From contig OX597833.1 of assembly GCA_951406725.2 (NCBI GenBank), positions 58,466,001 to 58,530,000 on the forward strand: DNA of 64,000 nucleotides, in the 5' to 3' direction. This document shows positions 26,520-38,510 of the stretch, in pieces (the first letter of the stretch is position 1; each line of letters opens with the position of its first letter). The notes under the pieces were generated by a model that saw nothing but the letters and a program-made list of their open reading frames with translations, ran no database searches and was not told the DNA's origin. The stretch is from Octopus vulgaris. Lineage: Eukaryota. Made by a program: the position numbers and the translations under genes.

Positions 26520-26933
26520 AGAGTGGCGTCCCCAAAGTCCATCCCCTCCTCACCGTGGTGGGGACGCTGGCAACGGATAGTGTCAGAGCTATGCCGTCGG
26601 GAACTTCGGTTCCTGGTAGGGCTACCCAAGGCGGATTGGTCTGACACCGAGTGGTATTAGGGCCACACAACCTGGCAGACAGGGCTCTGGTGAAAATCCT
26701 CGGAGTGTCTGCTTCGGCAACCGGCGGCTCCTCGGTCGTTCTGTGTCTGCGTCTGCGGACAATCTGCGGCAAACAGGATGTCTCTACATGCGTGATTGTT
26801 GGGGACCGCTTGTGAAATCCACATATTCCCACGAAACTTCTTCCACTGCCATGGTTCGAAATGCCTCGAGGGTGGTGGAAGAAGCCGACTCAACCCGCCC
26901 AGGGTGAATGTCGCCACAAGTACAAGTAAGTAT
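26520..26933 (+). mobile_element. Non-autonomous RTE derivative (5' UTR joined to 3' end)
   Basis: GAGCTATGCCG...GGTAGGGCTACCCAAGGCGG resembles RTE/BovB 5' ends; ends ...STRPG* followed by a CAAGTA/AAGT repeat tail. Confidence 0.55.
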
Positions 26934-27235
26934 TGGATAGTTTGCGAATTTTGCTAATTTAGCCATTGATAAAGTCGACCCTGTGAAAGGTAGGAGAGTC
27001 CAGTTTGCTGGACATTGTTGTAGAGCTGAAAACGAGGCAATTTCTACTCTTCTCCTCTGGAAGCCATCTACTCGCAATACCAGAGGGCGCACACTCTCCT
27101 ACCCTGATGTAATCTCCAGGGATACAGGCATCCAGCAACAGGACCTCCGTAATACCATGATGGACCGTGAAGTCTGGCGTAGCATGGTAAATTCCATTGT
27201 CTCAACCACGGTCGAACAATGATGATGATGATGAG
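26934..27235 (+). mobile_element. 5'-truncated RTE-clade LINE with (GAT)n tail and 10-bp TSD
   Basis: RRVQFAGHCCR...LLLWKP...RGR...M.DREVWRS; AAGTAAGTAT at 26924-26933 and 27236-27245. Confidence 0.85.
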
Positions 27236-27254
27236 AAGTAAGTATAGAGTAAGT

Positions 27255-27540
27255 AAACTAGGAGATCAGAGATGATCTCCAGGTGGAAACAGTATCTCTC
27301 TGAATTGAGAGGTCACAACTCCAATATTACGGACTTGTGGCAAGAATGTTGCAGGAAAGAAGTACCGAACAGGTCTTATGAGCAAAACCAACTGGCGAGG
27401 AAGATGGTTGGATACCATTGGTGAGATCGGTTGCTCTTGCTTAGAGATCCAGTTGAATCAATCGGAGATGGTTGCTTGTGACAGAACCCGATGGAAGGCC
27501 TACTTGAGGACTCTTACTGCAAGACCTTCCCAGGAGTAAG
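27255..27540 (+). mobile_element. Degenerate RTE (Rex3/Expander-like) 3' fragment
   Basis: IERSQLQYYGLVARM...RWLDTI...DRTRWKAYLRTL. Confidence 0.65.
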
Positions 27541-28288
27541 TGCTACTTGAAACCATGTCTTTCGGAATCAAGCTTCTGTATAGCAATCACCATAAAAAGA
27601 TAGATGTGGCAATTGTTAGAATGTTAAATTTGATTATCTACACACCCATGCACACACACACACACACACGCATGCACACACGCGCACGTACACACACACA
27701 CACACACACACGCACGCAAACACATACACACATTTGGTTAAATGTATGCAGAGATCAGAGGAAGACAAGGGAAATAACTCTAAATAGCAATCCAGTAAGG
27801 GAGATGACTCCGTTGTTCTTTGGCATGATAGCTGAATTATTTGCCTTTATTTTAAAATGGTTTACTATTTATTTCATTCATCAGTTGTGTTGACACACAT
27901 GTACAATTTCCTATTTTTTGTTGGTCGCAAGATTCAGGTGTAACAAGATTCAGGTGAATAAGGTACTTATTGAGGCACCTGGTTAGGTCAGAATAAACTG
28001 CACACAGCAATTAAGGATGAATACCAACTTTGTTACAGAAGTACTGGCAGAATGATTTTCGGGTAATGTAAGCAGTTTATTTGACCCATCGAAAGTGAAA
28101 GTGAGTAATGAGCGTATATGCCATATTTCGGGGGTTTTTTTTTTCACTCCTTCATCAGCTCCCTTAACGAAATACCACGCCCCTACAAATCATTAGTATT
28201 TACGTACTAGCTTCCAGGTATGCCTTTCATATGTACATTGGTATATCCTATAACTTTGCACCGTTATGTACGGAGGCTATTTATTTAT

Positions 28289-28702
28289 AGGCGTGGGAGT
28301 GGCTGTGTGGTAAGTAGCTTGCTTACTAACCGCATGGTTCCGGGTTCAGTCCCACTGTGGGGAACCTTGGGCAAGTGTCTTCTACTATAGCCTCGGGTCG
28401 ACCAAAGCCTTGAGAGTGGATTTGGTAGACGGAAACCGAAAGAAGCCCGTCGTATATGTGTATGTATATGTATATATGTATGTGTATGTGTATACGTCTG
28501 TGTGTGTGTTTGTCCCCCCGCCCCAGCATCGCTTGACAATCGATGCTGGTGTGCTTACGTCCCCGTAACTTAGCGGTTCCGCCTAGGAGACCGATGGAAT
28601 AAGTACTAGGCTTACAAAGAATTATTCCTGGGGTTGATTTGGTGGACTAAAGGCGGTGCTCCAGCATGGCCAAAGTCAAATGACTGAAACAAGTAAAAGA
28701 GT
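28289..28702 (+). mobile_element. Full-length tRNA-derived SINE family B
   Basis: Head GAGTGGCTGTGTGGTAAG...GGGTTCAGTCCC, internal microsatellite, tail GGTGCTCCAGCATGGCC...TGACTGAAACAAGTAAAAGAG. Confidence 0.9.
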
Positions 28703-29104
28703 AATGTGTTAGAGGATGATTAATGGGTTAGCTGGGTGCTGATGAAGGGGCAACCCCACCCCAACGAAATATGGCATTTGCGACTATTACCCATTTTCAT
28801 CTTTGATCTCTGACATCTCGTATATGAAAGGTTGTAGCAAAAATCAATACTGGCTATAATTAGTGTAGAAATAACCTTTTCTGTTGGCACTCCGTCGGTT
28901 ACGACGATGAAGGTTCCAGTTGATCCAGTTAACGGAACTGCCTGCTCGTGAAAGTAACGTGCACGTGTACCCTTAACGTTGTTCTTGGGGGAGATTCAGC
29001 GTGACACAGTGTGTGATAAAGCTGGCCCTTTGAAATACAGGTACAACAGAAACAGAAAGACAAAGTGTGAGAAAGTCATGGTGAAACAAAACATGCAAAT
29101 CCGC

Positions 29105-29465
29105 ATACATACATACATACATACATAAATACATACATACATACATACATACATACATACATACATACATACATACATACATACATACATAAATACATAC
29201 ATACATACATACATAAATACATACACACACACATACGTAAAACGTAGGTAGGTAAGTAGGTAGGTTGGTAGGTAAGTAGATGGGTAGGTAGGTAGGTAGG
29301 TAGGTAGGTAGGTAGGTAGGTAGGTAGGTAGGTAGGTAGGTAGGTAGGTAGGTAGGTAGGTAGGTAGGTAGGTAGGTAGGTAGGAAGGCAGGTAGGCAAG
29401 TAGGCAGGTAGGCAGGCAGGTAGGCAGGCAGATAGGCAGACAGATAGATGGACGGACGGATGGAC
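29105..29465. repeat. (TACA)n followed by (GGTA)n tetranucleotide arrays
   Basis: Directly visible. Confidence 0.95.
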
Positions 29466-29940
29466 ATACCGACAGCATTCTTCTTAATGTGGATATAGAG
29501 TAGAAAGCCATAAAACTGCAGTATTCGTCTCGAGAAAGAATATCGTATAGAAATATAGTGTTAAAAGTCACAGAAGTAGCAGATATAAAGCAACTTGCTG
29601 GGGTGGCAATATTACTAAGTCTAGATTCCCAGGATTTTTCTTCTATACCTGGACTTTATTTCCCATTTACTCCTACTACAACTACAGGGGTTTTTATTTC
29701 TATAAGAGCATGGTCATCAGCATATAGCAGTTTCCAAAGGCAAGCTGTTTAATTTCCTCTGTTATGGTCTGGGGTGAGCTGTAAACCGTGGAAAATCTGC
29801 CCAAACAAATTCCGTCCGGCCCGTGCTTGCGCGACAAAGTGGACGTTAAAACCATGATGATGGTGATGATGATGGCGGTGGCGGCGGTGGTGGTGGTGGT
29901 GGTCGTCGTCGTCATAATGATGATAACTGTTTAAAATTTA

Positions 29941-30349
29941 TAGCTGGCAGAAACGTTAGCATGCCGGGCGAAATGCTTAGCAGTATTTCGTCTGCCGTTA
30001 CGTCCCGAGTTCAAATTCTGCCAAGGTCGACTTTGCCTTTCATCCTTTCGGGGTCGATAAATTAAGTACCAGTTACACACTGGGGTCGATGTAATCGACT
30101 TAATCCCTTTGTCTGTCCTTGTTTGTCCCCTCTATGTTTAGCCCCTTGTGGGTAATAAAGAAATAGGTATTTCGTCTGTCGTTACGTTCCGAGTTCAAAT
30201 TCCGCCGCGGTCGACTTTGCCTTTCATCCTTTCGGGGTCGATAAATTAAGTACCAGTCACGCACTGGGGTCGATGTAATCGACTTAATCCCTTTGTCTGT
30301 CCTTGTTTGTCCCCTCTATGTTTAGCTCCTTGTGGGTAGTAAAGAAATA
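29941..30349 (+). mobile_element. SINE family A dimer
   Basis: Two tandem units. Confidence 0.9.
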
Positions 30350-30773
30350 TATTAGTTTATAAATATGAATTACAGTTCCATGTTAAATTCCTATGTTAAA
30401 ACAAATTGAGACGGAGCTTAGTTTTCATTTAAAAAATGTTAAATCTGAAAAAAAAAAAAAATGTTTTTTATTCAAGTTCTTTGACAGTGGATGTACACAA
30501 AAAAACTATAAAATTTAGACCATTTTCCAATAAAATAATGGATAAAATATAAAGGGAAATAACTCATATACGTTTACAGTTTCATCTAAGTTATTTCCCT
30601 TACTTCGTTCACTAAAGTTATTTTACAATTTGAACGATTCGTTTATTTCTAAAGCTAATTTTTATATTACCACAACAGCGCTTGAAGATTGTCTTTGACG
30701 AGTGGCACCACATATATTGTAGTCTAGGTGGTCTCTAAGGAAACTAGGTCCGCGATGAATGGCTTGCGAAGAA

Positions 30774-31008
30774 GGCGGCGAGCTGGCAGAGACGTTAGCA
30801 CGCTGGGCGAAATGCTTAGCGGTATTTCGTCTGCCGTTACGTTCTGAGTTCAAATTCCACCGAGGTCGACTTTGCCTTTCATCCTTTCGGGGTCGATTAA
30901 ATTAAGTACCAGTTACGCACTGGGGTCGATGTAATCGACTTAATACCTATGTCTGTCCTTGTTTGTCCCTTCTATGTTTAGCCCCTTGTGGGCAGTAAAG
31001 AAATAGGT
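30774..31008 (+). mobile_element. SINE family A, full length
   Basis: Intact head to AAAGAAATAGGTA tail. Confidence 0.9.
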
Positions 31009-31051
31009 ACATTCAACAAAATGAATGAGTGTGTATGCATGTGTGAGTGTG

Positions 31052-31085
<34 letters not shown>

Positions 31086-31229
31086 AATAGAGATATGCTG
31101 TTTAGTTTAACGTCATGTCCTTATGCTGCTACTGATTTTAGGAATGTTATTGTTTAGCTATAAATCTTTGTAATCAGTATTAAAACATCCAGATAAGCTC
31201 AGGAGTTTGTAAATAAGGAAACAGCGAAC

Positions 31230-32100
31230 GTATTAAACTAGAAACCGGTGAAGTAGAGGATGTAACCGAGTTTACGTATTTAGTATTGTAAGAAAACGTT
31301 TTCAGGTGGCACCGACGAAGATATTAAGACGAGAATAAGTAAGGCAAGGACAGCTTTTTCACCTGTTAAAGAAAGGTATGGAGCACAAGTGTAATTTCAA
31401 TAAAGAACAAAATAAAAATTTTGGATCTTTTCCTTTTGAACGGCAGACAATTTCTAATTAACTAAACACTTTAAAACTTCGTATACTGGTAGAATGTGTC
31501 AAAATAAAACATTTTTTCTCTTGGATTTCTTGAGAAAATTGTAATTTGTTTGTTTAACGTAGTTTAATTTTTCGAATTTTAACCAATCCTATGCTCTCTT
31601 TTGAGCTAAAATCATTTGCTGCGTCTAAACCTGAGACAACATCCTGTAACTAACCCTAACCCTAACCCTAATCATTTTTTTCTTAATTGTTAAATTGATT
31701 TAATTGTTACACATGTAAAAAAAAACTAAAACAATGGAATTAAATTAATTTAACAATTAAGAAAAAAAATTTAGGGTTAGGGTGAGGTTTAGACAGGATG
31801 TTGTCTCAGTTTTAGACGCAGCAAATGATTTTAGTTGAATGGAGGTAATTGATTGGTTAAAATTGCCGAAATGCTCGGATTTTCAGACAAAATATCTTAC
31901 AAACTATAGAGTTTTCTCAATAAAACCAAGAGAAAATGATGTTTTATAAACACATTCTACCAATATACAAAGTTTAAAAGTGTTTAGTTTACTAGAAATT
32001 GTGTTGACATCTGCCGTTCAAAAGGAAAAGATCCAGAATTTTTAAGACTAATGTAAAAGCAGTGTTATTCTATGGGGCTGAGACATGGCGAACAACAGTT
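31230..32100 (+). mobile_element. RTE LINE fragment interrupted by a MITE
   Basis: VEDVTEFTYL..GGTDEDIKTRISKARTAF; after MITE removal KIKIFKTNVKAVLFYGAETWRTT. Confidence 0.75.
31423..32034. mobile_element. Long palindromic MITE with internal telomere-like repeats
   Basis: TIR GGATCTTTTCCTTTTGAACGGCAG; ~300-bp arms; (CCCTAA)n/(TTAGGG)n; TSD AAAATTTT/AGAATTTT. Confidence 0.9.
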
Positions 32101-32369
32101 AAGTCAAATGACTGAAACAAGTAAAAGACCTAAGAAAACGTTCAGACTTAAACTTTAATGGCACAATAGATGTATTGTGTAAAATCTTCAGTGAAACAAG
32201 CTCATTGTTCGACACACATTGGAAACATCTGAACACAGAGAAAAACAATGATGAGGACTACACCTCATAATCTGGTTGGGTAAATAAGGGAATGTGAGAA
32301 GTTCAAGCTGGACGAATTAATGCCAGATATGTTCAGATGCCTGATTTTTACGTGGCCAATGCCAGCACC

Positions 32370-32613
32370 GCCTTGAATGGCTTCTGTTCCGGTGGCACGT
32401 AAAAAGCATCATCCGATCGTGGCTGCTGCCAGCCTCCCCTGGCACCAGTGCCGGTGGCACGTAAAAAGCACCCTCTACACTCATGAAGTGGTTGGTGTTA
32501 GGAAGGGCATCCAGCTGTAGAAATACTGCCAGATCAGACTGGAGCCTGGTGCAGCTTTCTAGCTTCCCAGACCCCTGTCGAACCCGTGCTAGCATGGAAA
32601 GCAGACGTGAAAC

Positions 32614-32673
<60 letters not shown>

Positions 32674-32804
32674 GGTGGTGGTGGTGGTGGTGGTGGTGGT
32701 GGTGGTGATGATGATGATGATGATGATGATAATGATGATGATGATGGTGGTGATGATGATGATGATGATGGTGGTAGTGGTGGTGGTGATGATGATGGTG
32801 ATGA

Positions 32805-32838
<34 letters not shown>

Positions 32839-32966
32839 GGTGGTGGTGGTGGTGGTGGTGGTGGTGGTGGTGATGATGATGATGATGATGATGATAATGA
32901 TGATGATGGTGGTGGTGGTGATGATGATGATGATGATGGTGGTAGTGGTGGTGGTGATGATGATGG

Positions 32967-33004
<38 letters not shown>

Positions 33005-33052
33005 GTGGTGATGACGACGACGACGACGACGATGATGATGATGATGATGATG
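32370..33052 (+). mobile_element. SINE-like family C with tail expanded into a ~440-bp (GAT/GGT)n array
   Basis: GGCACGTAAAAAGCACC repeats, GGAAGGGCATCCAGCTGTAGAAA core, then the trinucleotide array. Confidence 0.85.
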
Positions 33053-33323
33053 GACTTACTGCAGAAAAGGACACAGAAGTTAGAAATAGAATTCTCAGGA
33101 AGCTGTAACAAAATCAGAATGTAACCCTACAGCAAGTGTCAGAAGAATGTGAAAGGATGGTCAAATTAAGACGCAACCGAGAGGGAATTTAAAGTAAACA
33201 TTGTTTCCAAGTAAAACAAGTGTGAAATGGTCAGAATAGAGATAAAAAGTGTTTTCTGAAAAACACAACAAAAATCAGGAAATATACCCATGTTTTGTAT
33301 GTGGAGGTATACACCAGTGGGAA

Positions 33324-33405
33324 GTCATCGTAGCCGAGTGGTTAAGGCGATGGACTAGAAATCCATTAGGGTCTCCCCACATAGGTTCGAATCCTATCAG
33401 CGACG
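33324..33405 (+). tRNA. tRNA-Ser(AGA), probably a pseudogene or retrocopy
   Basis: GCCGAGTGGTTAAGGCG ATGGA CTAGAAA TCCAT, long variable arm, GGTTCGAATCC; two acceptor-stem mismatches; TTTTT at 33412-33416. Confidence 0.85.
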
Positions 33406-33424
33406 TGTTAGTTTTTAAAAATTA

Positions 33425-34030
33425 AGGCTGCAAGCTGGCAGAAACGTTAGCACACCGGGCGAAATGCTCAGCGGTATTTCGTCTGCCGTTAAGTTCTGAG
33501 TTCAAATTCCGCCCAGGTCGACTTTGCCTCTCATTCTTTCGGCATCGATAAATTAAGTACCAGTTACACACTGGGGTCGATGTAATCGACTTAATCCATT
33601 TGTCTGTCCTTGTTTATCCTCTCTGTGTTCAGCTCCTTGTGGGTAGTAAAGAAATAGGTATTTCGTCTGCCGTTACGTCTGAGTTCAAATTCCACCCAGG
33701 TTGACTTTGCCTTTCATCCTTTGAGGGTCGATAAATTAAGTACCAGTTACACTCTGTGGTCGATGTAATCAACTTAATCTGTTTGTCTGTCCTTGTTTGT
33801 CCTCTCTGTGTTTAGCCCTTTGTGGGTAGTAAAGAAATAGGTATTTTGTCTGCCGTTACGTTCTGAGTTTAAACTTCGCTGAGGTCGACTTTGCCTTTCA
33901 TCCTTTCAGGGCTAATAAATTAAGTACCAGTTACACACTGGGGGTCGATGTAATCGACTTAATCCGTCTGTCTGTCCTTGTTTGTCCTCTCTGTGTTTAG
34001 CCCCTTGTGGGTAGTAAAGAAATAGGTATA
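33425..34030 (+). mobile_element. SINE family A trimer
   Basis: Three tandem units. Confidence 0.9.
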
Positions 34031-34111
34031 CACCTGAGGAAAAATTATCTATTTAAAAAAGTAGAGTGCTTTCGTTGTGGAAATATAGGACATATAAAGA
34101 TGCACTGTAGA

Positions 34112-34303
34112 ATCATCATCATCATCATCATCATCATCTTTTAACGTCTGCTTTCCATGCTAGCATGGGTTGGACAATTTTGGCTGTCGAACCAGATGGC
34201 TGCACCAGGCTCCAGTCTGATCTGGCAGAGTTTCTACAGCTGGATGCCCTTCCTAATGCCAACCACTCCGAGAGTGTAGTGGGTGCTTTTTACGTGCCAC
34301 CAA
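34112..34303 (-). mobile_element. SINE-like family C
   Basis: (CAT)n followed by TTTAACGTCTGCTTTCCATGCTAGCATGGG. Confidence 0.85.
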
Positions 34304-34475
34304 GATGACAAAACAGCAGAACAAAGGAAGGAAAATAAATAGTATGTCATCGGAAGAAATTAGTTATATAACGATGAAGAAATTCATAAAGGTGAAAATC
34401 AGAAATAAAGGTGTTAAAATGCAGTTGTACACAGGTAGTGATATTACCATTATAAACGAAAACATTTGGAAATAT

Positions 34476-34651
34476 AGTTCTATATTCAAGAGATGAGGAA
34501 TTATGTACATTATTTACATTCGACAGATATTTGTCCTCATCTTGTTTGTTGTTAACACAACGTTTTGGCTGATATACCCTCCAGCCTTCTTCAGGTGTCT
34601 TGGGGAAATTTCGAACCTGGGTTCTCATTCCTAAGGGATTCTTCGATGTTG

Positions 34652-34703
<52 letters not shown>

Positions 34704-34744
34704 CATCATCATTATTATTATTATTATTATTATTATCATCATCA

Positions 34745-34784
<40 letters not shown>

Positions 34785-34938
34785 CATCATCATTATTATT
34801 ATTATTGTTCAGGTCACTGCGTGGAATCGAACTCGGAATCTTGGGGTTAGTAGCCCACGCTCTTAACCACTACGTCATATTCCCAAGATTCCGAGTTCGA
34901 TTCCAAGCAGTCACCTGAACAACAATAATAATAATAAT
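34476..34938 (-). mobile_element. tRNA-headed element with a hammerhead-like motif and inverted 5' duplication
   Basis: Minus strand: tRNA-like head 34880-34807, (AAT)n, hammerhead-like motif 34599-34554; 34882-34920 is an inverted copy of part of the head. Confidence 0.65.
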
Positions 34939-35479
34939 CCAGAACCATGTGATTGGGAAGCTAGCTTCTTACCACACAGCAGCACCTGTCCCAAAGACAC
35001 TAGCCCCAAATTTCCAAATTTCCACACACAATGGGACTGAATCCCAGACCATGTGGTTGGGATGCAAATTTCTTACCGCTCAGCCATGCCCACACCTGAC
35101 GGCCACACCTGTATCAGAGCTCTACACCTAAACCTCATTTATTGATATAGACGCTTTTGGCATCTGTCTAATCAATATCAGTAATAGTGCAGAATAGATA
35201 TCTTTATCTAATGTTTGGTCTTCAGAGGGAATCCCAGATTTTCCTGTCTTTCAACAGCTGTTCTCAAAAGCATGATTCAATGTAACCATAAGCAAAATGT
35301 TGCCAGTATATTGATTGATAGGTAGTGTTTCATAATATGCTGTATCACCATCTGGGCTCTTATCTTTTGCTGTGAGGTTATCGTACGTAACAGCTTATTA
35401 CTTTTACACTTTTAAACTATTTATCCTTCAGAATACTCTGTCAAAGGTAATGTTTACCATAAATCGTAAGCACGGCAGC

Positions 35480-35547
35480 ATCGGTTGTCAAGCGATGTTG
35501 GGGGGACAAACACAGACACACAAACATATACACACACACATACATAC

Positions 35548-35588
<41 letters not shown>

Positions 35589-36092
35589 CCGTTCGTGGCC
35601 ATTACCAGCCTCGCCTGGCCCCCGTACCGGTGTCACATAAAAAGCACCATCCGTTCGTGGCCGTTGCCAGCATGCCTGGCTCCCATGCTGGTGGCACGTA
35701 AAAAGCACCATCCAACCGTGGCTGTTTGTCAGCCTCGTCTGGCACGTAAAAAGGCACCCACTACACTCACAGAATGGTTGGTGGTAGGAAGGGCATCCAG
35801 CCGTAGAAACATTGCCAGATCAGACTGGGCCTGGTGCAGCCTTCTGGCTTCCCAGACCCTTGTTGAACCATCCAACCCATACTAGCATGGAAAGCAGACA
35901 CTAAACGATGATGATGATGATATACATATATACGACAGGCTTCTTTCAGTTTCTGTCTACCAAATCCACTCACAAGGCTTTGGTCGGCCTGAGGCTATAG
36001 TAGAAGGCACTTGCCCAAGGTGTCACGCAGTGGGACTGAATCCGGAACCATGTGGTTCATAAGCAAGCTACTTACCACACAACCACTCCTAC
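35480..36092. mobile_element. SINE B (-) with nested SINE C (+, ~35590-35920)
   Basis: Family C unit inserted in the internal microsatellite of a family B copy. Confidence 0.8.
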
Positions 36093-36201
36093 ACCTAAAA
36101 TCCTTAATGATTTGAACAGATGGATAGAGGAAATAGGCATAAAACCTACAAAACCTTATAAAATACAAGCTATTAAAATTACAAAATATAATACTATTCG
36201 G

Positions 36202-36418
36202 CAGTGGTTTTCAACCAGGGTTCCGTGGAACCTTAGGGTTCCGCCAGTACAGTCCAGGGGTTCCGCAAGAAGTTACAAAACTGCTAAAATCGGTAGTAAT
36301 TTTTAATTCTCCTGTGCAGATATGTGTGCATAAGACTATTAAATTATTGCACAGGGGCCTCGAGCCAGTGGAATGTTTCCTTGGGGTTCTGCTCCAGCAA
36401 AAAGGTTGAAAAGCACTG
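36202..36418. mobile_element. hAT (Charlie-like) MITE
   Basis: CAGTGGTTTTCAACC ... GGTTGAAAAGCACTG; 8-bp flanks CTATTCGG/CTATAAGG. Confidence 0.75.
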
Positions 36419-36914
36419 CTATAAGGTATAGATATTATGACGGCAGCTCTATGTGTGGAGATCATGTGGAAGAATTGTAAGGTCTTAAGGGATTATGTAG
36501 ACCAATCCTTGAATGACAGGTTCTGGCACACTTGGGGCAAATATGTAAGCTTTGACATTTCTCATCCGCTGCAGTTGCTCTAGCCTTCTTAAAGATGTAT
36601 GTAGTGGACTGGATGCAGTCCCACAACGGTGTTCCACTATGTGGGGGGCCTATCCCTGCTAGGTAAGCTGGCATTTCAGCTGTATTTGTCGCTACCTCTT
36701 AGCTTACTGACAGCACCCAAGCCCATGTCTTGCACAACTCAGAAGGCATTCATCTGCAATACGTCCAGGTTTTAGTGCTGGCCAAATAACTAGCTGTGGA
36801 ACCCCCGTCAAAAGTACTTCAGACAGCTCACTTGGGAAGGCCACATCTCAGGCATGGACAAATCCAGATAAATAATATATTATAATAATATATTATAAAT
36901 AATATATTATGTAA

Positions 36915-37380
36915 TCAGAATCGAAATCGATCAATGGAAATTGCAGCTGAGATACCAGTGCCGGTGGCACGTAAGAGAACCATCCGAACGTGGCCGTTGC
37001 CAGCGCCGCCCCAACTGGCCTCGTGCCGGTGGCACATAAAAAGCACCATCCGTTCGTGGCCATTGCCAGGCTCGCCTGGCCCCCGTGCCGGTGGCACATA
37101 AAAAGCACCATCCGATCATGGCCGTTTGCCAGACTCGTCTGGCACCTGTGCCAGTGGCACATAAAAAGCACCATCTGATCGTGGCCGTTTGCCAGACTCG
37201 ACTGGCACGTAAAAAGCACCCACTACACTCACGGAGTGGTTTTTGTTAAGAAGGGCATCCAGCTGTAGAAACACTGCCAGAGCAGACTTGGCCTGGTGCA
37301 GCCTTCTGGCTTCCCAGATCCCAGTTAAACGGTCCAACCCATGCTAGCATGGAGAACGGACGTTAATCGATGATGATGAT
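36915..37380 (+). mobile_element. SINE-like family C with internal tandem repeats
   Basis: Five GTGGCAC.TAAAAAGCACC-like units; (GAT)n tail. Confidence 0.85.
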
Positions 37381-37689
37381 GTAAAATATTAGCATTATAA
37401 TAACAACATTCATCATCATAATCACTTTTTATATGTGTTTTTCTCTGCGGCATGGGTTGGACAGTTTAACATGATCAAACGTATCGGATGACGGTGTTGA
37501 GTTCTAATGTCCTACATTACAGCTGACTCATCTCACACCCAGGGTTTCTTAGTTCATTTACACTAGCATTCATGCATGTTATTAGTATTACACATCTAAC
37601 AAAGCAAGCTTGTCCCATTTTATTCCCAGCCTTTGCTTACCTTCCACATTCATTGCTTCTTTTTCCACCGTGTAATTTTGGACCTTGCA

Positions 37690-38205
37690 TAGCAGCCCCA
37701 GCCCATCCCAAGTACCTTGGATCGCAGGACATCCTGCTGTGCTTACTTTGGATCGTAGGGTGACCTGCTGTGCTTGAGGAGACCAATTGAGTCAAGTACA
37801 TCAACATCAAAATAAATATCAAATGGAAATTGTAGTTGTGATACCTGTGCTGGTGGCACGTTAAAAACCACCATCCGAACGTGGCCGATGCCAGCACCGC
37901 CTTGACTGGCTTCCGTGCTGGTTGCACTTAAAAAGCACCATCCAATCGTGGCCGATGCCAGTGCCGCCTTGACTAGCTTCCGTGCTGGTTGCACGTAAAA
38001 AGCACCAACTGATCGTGGCTGCTGGCACGTAAAAAGCACCCACTACACTCACAGAGTGGTTGGTGTTAGGCAGGGCATCAAGCTGTAGAAATACTGCCAG
38101 ATCAGACTGGAGCCTGGTGCAGCCTTCTGGCTTCCCAGACCCCAGTTGAACCGTCCAACCTGTGCTAGCATGGAAAGTGGACGTTAAACGTTGATGATGA
38201 TGATG
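37690..38205 (+). mobile_element. SINE-like family C, longer 5' region
   Basis: Same core and tail as 36915. Confidence 0.85.
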
Positions 38206-38510
38206 ACAGTTACTAAAGTATATAAAGTCAAATTCATTTCACAGCATTTTAGGTTAAAAAAATTGCTCAGACATCAACTGCTTGTAAACTCTTAATAAGT
38301 ATATCTAAGAACAGCAAAGAATAAAAAATAATGAATTAGATAATATCAATAGATTGATCCCAAGTGGTCAAATATAGTAGAAAACTTTCTTGTTACTTAT
38401 TTGGCTAAGTTACGTGACTGACTCTGAAAGTCTTTCTGGAAATATTGTAGTTGCTTGCATTCAACCTTATTTGCCGCTATACAAATTGAGGTAGTATATA
38501 TTATTAATAA

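Larger units (their letters stand above)
33053..34472 (+). mobile_element. Gypsy-like LTR retrotransposon gag-protease relic, interrupted by later insertions
   Basis: CFVCGGIH (33291) joins LRKNYLFKKVECFRCGNIGHIKMHC (CCHC knuckle, 34067-34108); VKMQLYTGSDITII is a decayed DTG protease motif. Confidence 0.75.

Noticed and set aside
31648-31790. Interstitial telomere or fusion site
   Set aside because: The few hexamers are internal to a MITE with TIRs and a TSD
32317-33124. Poly-M/V, poly-I/T and poly-S/P ORFs
   Set aside because: Expanded (GAT/GGT)n SINE tail
36960-37225. CRISPR-like repeats with variable spacers (GTGGCAC.TAAAAAGCACC)
   Set aside because: Spacers are homologous to each other; these are internal repeats of SINE family C in a eukaryotic genome with no cas genes
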